Below, in pieces: positions 59,800 to 64,000 of a stretch of DNA of 64,000 bases. A model generated the notes under the pieces. It worked only from the letters and a program-made list of their open reading frames with translations, was not told the origin of the DNA and made no database searches. Position 1 is the first letter of the stretch; every line of letters starts with the position of its first letter. The position numbers and the translations under genes were made by a program. This DNA is from an uncultured Ardenticatenia bacterium (lineage in GTDB: Bacteria > Chloroflexota > Anaerolineae > 4572-78 > NAK82): contig CAKZLO010000063.1 in the NCBI GenBank assembly GCA_937127125.1, positions 8,185 through 72,184 of the forward strand, read 5' to 3'.

Positions 59800-61487
59800 C
59801 AAACTCGAGGTCACAACCGGACCCGTTCACCGTCGAGATCATCCGTGAGCAGCTCATCGCGGCAGCCGAGGAGAGCTTTGTGGTACTCGGTCGTACCAGC
59901 CAAAGCCCCATCATCTATGAGGTGTTGGACTATGCCTGTGCCATTACAGACCACAATGGTGACTTGATTGCGCAAGCGAACGGGGTGCCAGGCTTCCTGG
60001 GCACGCTCTCGTTCGCGGTCAAAGCCGTTCTGCAGAAGTTCGGTTCAAATGCGATGCACCCCGGGGATGTCTTTATCACGAACGATCCCTATCAAGGTGG
60101 TGGAAACCATCTTTCCGACGTGGCATTGATCGCACCCATCTTCTGCCAGAACCGGTTGATCGCCTTCAGCGTGAACAAGGCACATTGGACTGAGGTAGGC
60201 GGCATGGCCGCCGGCAGCTGGACGACTGACAGCCGCGAGATCTTCCAAGAAGGTCTGCAGTTTCCGGCCATCCATCTCTTTCGGGAAGGTAAGCCAGAAC
60301 AGGGATTGCTTGAGCTGATCGCGGCGAACGTGCGCACGCCTGAGCGCACTCTGGGTGATCTGTATGCTGGGGTGGCTGCTCTCAGAAGTGCAGAACGTCG
60401 CATCGGAGAAATGTGTCACCGCTACGGCGCAGACGTGCTAGGCGCGAGTATGGCAGCTATCCTGGATCACGGCGAGAAGCTGGCGCGACAAGCTCTAGCC
60501 AGACTGCCCAAAGGCTCTTTCTTCGCTGAAGATTGGATGGATGATGACGGATTGTCAGACGAGCCAGTATATGTTTGCGCGAGAGTAACGATCACGGATG
60601 ACGCTTTTGTCGCCGATTTCACCGGTTCGGCGCCCCAGGTGTCTGGTCCCATTAATTGCACACGCACGCGACTGCATTCCGCTTGTCGCACCATCTTCAA
60701 GGCGATCACGGATCCAAAATCACCGGTCAACGAAGGGTGGTTCCGTCCGCTGCAGGTAGTGTGTCCCGAGGGCACCGTCTTCACAGCGCGCCGCCCAGCA
60801 CCCGTGTCCACGTACTGGGAGACAGGCGCTTATGCTGTCGACCTCCTCTGGCACGCTCTTTTCCCGGTGCTGCCCGATCGGCTGACAGCAGGTCATTCGC
60901 TGAGCGTCTGCGGCACTGTGATCAGCGGTCGTGACGAGAATGGCGACTATTTCATCTTGGTCGAGCCGCAGGCAGGCGGCTGGGGAGCCGGAGCAACCAA
61001 GGATGGTGAGAGCGGTCTAGTGGTCGTCGGTGACGGCGAGACATACGTGATGCCAGTCGAAGTGTGTGAAACGCGCTACCCTTTGTTGGTAGAGCAATTC
61101 ACGTTTAATGTACAGCCAGCCGGCGCCGGAATGTATCGTGGGGGATTTGGGCTGATACGTGACTATCGGCTGCTCTCGGCCTCTGCACAGCTTACCACCA
61201 CCTTTGGCCGGCACAAATATGCACCATGGGGAGCGGCGGGCGGTCAACCGGGTTCGCCAAATGGAGTGGCGATCATCCCTGCAGGCGCAAGCGAGCCCAT
61301 CTTGTGGAAGGGTAAGCTCGCTCGTTATCCTCTGAGACGAGGCGATGTTGTGCGCCTGGTAACCGGTGTGGGCGGTGGCTACGGTGACCCACGGCGACGT
61401 GATCCTGACGCAGTGCGAGAGGATGTGCGCAATGGCTTTCTGACAGCCGATCAAGCTCGTATGATATATGGCGTCGTAGTACACTGA
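59796..61487 (+). CDS. hyuB: Hydantoinase/oxoprolinase B subunit (3 of 3)
   Basis: EVLDY, NDPYQGGGNHLSD, HWTEVGG and GGGYGDP motifs; ATGA overlap with the previous gene. Confidence 0.92.
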   Translation: MTNSRSQPDPFTVEIIREQLIAAAEESFVVLGRTSQSPIIYEVLDYACAITDHNGDLIAQANGVPGFLGTLSFAVKAVLQKFGSNAMHPGDVFITNDPYQGGGNHLSDVALIAPIFCQNRLIAFSVNKAHWTEVGGMAAGSWTTDSREIFQEGLQFPAIHLFREGKPEQGLLELIAANVRTPERTLGDLYAGVAALRSAERRIGEMCHRYGADVLGASMAAILDHGEKLARQALARLPKGSFFAEDWMDDDGLSDEPVYVCARVTITDDAFVADFTGSAPQVSGPINCTRTRLHSACRTIFKAITDPKSPVNEGWFRPLQVVCPEGTVFTARRPAPVSTYWETGAYAVDLLWHALFPVLPDRLTAGHSLSVCGTVISGRDENGDYFILVEPQAGGWGAGATKDGESGLVVVGDGETYVMPVEVCETRYPLLVEQFTFNVQPAGAGMYRGGFGLIRDYRLLSASAQLTTTFGRHKYAPWGAAGGQPGSPNGVAIIPAGASEPILWKGKLARYPLRRGDVVRLVTGVGGGYGDPRRRDPDAVREDVRNGFLTADQARMIYGVVVH

Positions 61488-61596
61488 TAAAATGCCTGAC
61501 CGCGGGCGATTTCGGCCAAACGATGTGTGAAACCAATGAGGAAAGCTGGACATCTCATTTCGAAAGATCAGGGGAGAGAAGGAACAAGAAGCTACC

Positions 61597-62694
61597 ATGA
61601 ACGAGCTCGAACAGCGAATGAACATCCTGCGTGCCGCAATGGCCAACGCTGATGTAGACATAGTCGCGATTGCCCCCAGTGATATGATGCGCTACCTGGC
61701 AGGGTATGCCTCCTACCCGGACGAGCGAGTTTGCATGCTGCTGGTCTCACAACACACAGCCGCTGCGGTCGTGCCAGCCCTCAACGCTGGGGAATGGCGT
61801 GCGCATACCAATCTGCCATTGCATATCTGGGCGGATAACGAGGGTCCACAAACAGCCCTGTCCGCTGCTCTGTCAGCCCTCGATGTTTCCCGCATACGAC
61901 GGCTAGCCGTAGACGGCGAGATGCGCGCCGATTTCTTGCTCCCTTTGCTGAAAGCGGCAGGCAATCCAGAAGTCATCACTCTTGCAGGTTTGGGTGCTCC
62001 ACTGAGGTTGTGTAAATCCTCCACCGAGATCGAGTTGTTGCAGGCCGCGGCGGCACAGGCTGACCGTGCTATGCAAGCTGCCATCGAAGCGTGCCGTCCA
62101 GGTGTCACCGAAGCACAGGTTGCTTGGGCAGCCGAGCAAGCATTCCGAATGAATGGGGCAGACTACGTCTGTTTCACACTGGTCGCGTCCGGACCGAATA
62201 GCGCTTTTCCTCATCATCGTAGCGGACAACGTGTGCTGCAGCTCGGTGATGCGATCATCATTGACATTGGTGCCTCGCTCAACCACTACAAATCGGACAT
62301 TACGCGCGTAGTACATCTGGGGGAACCGTCGCCGGAGTTCCTAAAAGCGTACGAGGCCGTCTTGCGAGCTAACGAAGCCGCTCGTGCTGTCGTCCGACCC
62401 GGGGTGTCCGCGGCAACGGTTGATCGGGCCGCGCGCACAGTGCTGGAAACAGCTGGCTATGGCGAGTACTTTGTTCACCGTACCGGGCACGGCCTGGGGC
62501 TGAGCACCCATGAGCCGCCTTGGATCATGGCTGGCAATGAGCAACCGCTAGAAGAGGGGATGGTGTTCAGCATCGAGCCGGGCGTGTATCTGCCCGGTCA
62601 GTTCGGCATACGCATTGAGGACATCGTAGTGGTCACCGCTTCGGGTGCCCGCGTTCTAACTGGTTTCGATCATCAGCTGACCGTCAAACGCTAG
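61597..62694 (+). CDS. pepQ: Xaa-Pro dipeptidase/aminopeptidase (M24B)
   Basis: All metal ligands present: IDIG, SDITR, GHGLG..HE, IEPG, RIED. Confidence 0.88.
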   Translation: MNELEQRMNILRAAMANADVDIVAIAPSDMMRYLAGYASYPDERVCMLLVSQHTAAAVVPALNAGEWRAHTNLPLHIWADNEGPQTALSAALSALDVSRIRRLAVDGEMRADFLLPLLKAAGNPEVITLAGLGAPLRLCKSSTEIELLQAAAAQADRAMQAAIEACRPGVTEAQVAWAAEQAFRMNGADYVCFTLVASGPNSAFPHHRSGQRVLQLGDAIIIDIGASLNHYKSDITRVVHLGEPSPEFLKAYEAVLRANEAARAVVRPGVSAATVDRAARTVLETAGYGEYFVHRTGHGLGLSTHEPPWIMAGNEQPLEEGMVFSIEPGVYLPGQFGIRIEDIVVVTASGARVLTGFDHQLTVKR

Positions 62695-62749
62695 TCATCC
62701 ACGTCATCAATATGTCGTTGTACTTCTCTTAGACCAAGGAGTGCATAAA

Positions 62750-63091
62750 ATGGTCAAACTCACCGTTATGTATAACCTGCCCCCGGGTGCAGATCACGAG
62801 GCATTCCTGCGCTGGCGTACCACAGAGCATCAGCAGGATAATCTGGCCATCCCGGGTCTTCTTAAGACTGATTTCTATGTGATTCATGAAGCTTGGGAGC
62901 AGCCGACACCCCCTTACCGCTACATGACCGAGGCATATTTCCCGGACATGGAGACCCTGCGCGCCTTCTTCTTTGCACCGGACTATCAGGCGAAGTTGCG
63001 CGAGTGGCTGAAGATGATCGCCGATCCCGTGTTTCTCATCTCCGAGGAAGTGATAACATCCGTCGTGCAAGAAGTAGAAGGGAAACAATGA
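62750..63091 (+). CDS. EthD-like dimeric alpha/beta barrel protein
   Basis: MVKLTVMY..P..D...F...H...IPGL...E.YF.D pattern; AAGGAG RBS. Confidence 0.7.
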   Translation: MVKLTVMYNLPPGADHEAFLRWRTTEHQQDNLAIPGLLKTDFYVIHEAWEQPTPPYRYMTEAYFPDMETLRAFFFAPDYQAKLREWLKMIADPVFLISEEVITSVVQEVEGKQ

Positions 63092-64000
63092 ACGTATTGC
63101 GTCATCTCTTTATCGCGCTATCACAAAGCGCTCGGGCACGCCAGTTGGTGATGCAATATGGTCCAATGCGCCGGCTGGCGCGCCGTTTTATCGCCGGCGA
63201 GACGATCGACGAAGCGATTGCTGTAGTCAGAGAGCTGAATCAGGGTGGCATCCTGGCAACGTTGGATCACCTCGGAGAGAACGTCAGCAGTCAGGAGGAC
63301 GCCGAACGAGCGGCCCAAGAGTACCGAGAGCTGGCACATCGCATCGCAGAGGAGGCTCTGCAATCTTCTATCTCGGTCAAACCAACGCATGTGGGACTCG
63401 ATTTCGGCGAAGATTTCTGTTACAGTCAGCTGCGCACAGTTGTGGACACAGCGCGCGATCTGAACCTGACCGTCGAAGTAGATATGGAAGGCTCGACCTA
63501 TACACAAGCGACACTTAATGTCTTTCACCGACTGTTGGATGCGTACAGTAATCTACGCGTTGCCTTGCAAGCTTATCTCTATCGCACCGAGAAAGATCTC
63601 GAGCGACTGATCGAGCGAGGCAGCAGTGTGCGTCTGTGCAAGGGCGCCTATGATGAGCCTTCCAGCATTGCATGGCGCAACAAGGTGGACGTGGACGCCA
63701 GCTATGCGCGCCTGATGCACATGATGTTAAGCGATCAAGCACTTCAGAATGGTTTCTATCCCGCGCTAGCCACCCATGATCACAACCTGATCCTACAGGT
63801 GGAGCGTGAAGCAGCTAGGCGGGAGATGGATAGGAGGCGTTTCGAGTTCCAAATGCTGTACGGTGTACGGCGTGACTGGCAGCAACGCCTTGCCAACGAC
63901 GGGTACCGCGTGCGCATCTATGTGCCGTATGGGACGCAATGGTATCCCTACTTTATGCGACGGCTGGCAGAGCGTCCGGCGAATGTATTGTTCATCACCC
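63088..64000 (+). CDS. putB: Monofunctional proline dehydrogenase (3'-truncated by the window edge)
   Basis: Not in the ORF track; translated by hand: RFIAGE, LGE, DMEGS, LQAYLYRT, RLCKGAY, ATHD, FQMLYG, YVPYG, YFMRRLAERPAN. Confidence 0.93.
   Translation, partial: MNVLRHLFIALSQSARARQLVMQYGPMRRLARRFIAGETIDEAIAVVRELNQGGILATLDHLGENVSSQEDAERAAQEYRELAHRIAEEALQSSISVKPTHVGLDFGEDFCYSQLRTVVDTARDLNLTVEVDMEGSTYTQATLNVFHRLLDAYSNLRVALQAYLYRTEKDLERLIERGSSVRLCKGAYDEPSSIAWRNKVDVDASYARLMHMMLSDQALQNGFYPALATHDHNLILQVEREAARREMDRRRFEFQMLYGVRRDWQQRLANDGYRVRIYVPYGTQWYPYFMRRLAERPANVLFIT

Overview
Gene-dense bacterial chromosome segment. The Pro/Thr-linker lipoproteins, FemAB pair, NarL-type two-component systems and Gram-positive-type SOS box suggest Chloroflexota (Anaerolineae-like); this is an inference. 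I found no rRNA, tRNA, CRISPR array or transposase. Housekeeping and envelope genes include pcm, two femAB-like genes, mnmA/iscS, two ctpA, smpB, a dynamin-like GTPase, an ABC1 kinase, a TPR-lytic transglycosylase, dgt, a LysM L,D-transpeptidase, ldh and nfeD/SPFH. The best candidate for an undescribed system is a ~17 kb catabolic operon (47263 to the window end). It encodes a fused BMP + family-5 solute-binding lipoprotein, a Dpp-type ABC transporter, one hydantoinase/oxoprolinase A subunit with three intact but divergent B subunits, an Xaa-Pro peptidase, an EthD-like protein and proline dehydrogenase. This layout fits ATP-dependent opening of proline-containing cyclic dipeptides or lactams. 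Also notable are a decaheme cytochrome built from two pentaheme units behind a 1.2 kb intergenic region with several candidate small RNAs, a stand-alone copy of a subtilase propeptide, a metal-site-degenerate M24 hydrolase and a membrane-anchored Pcm.
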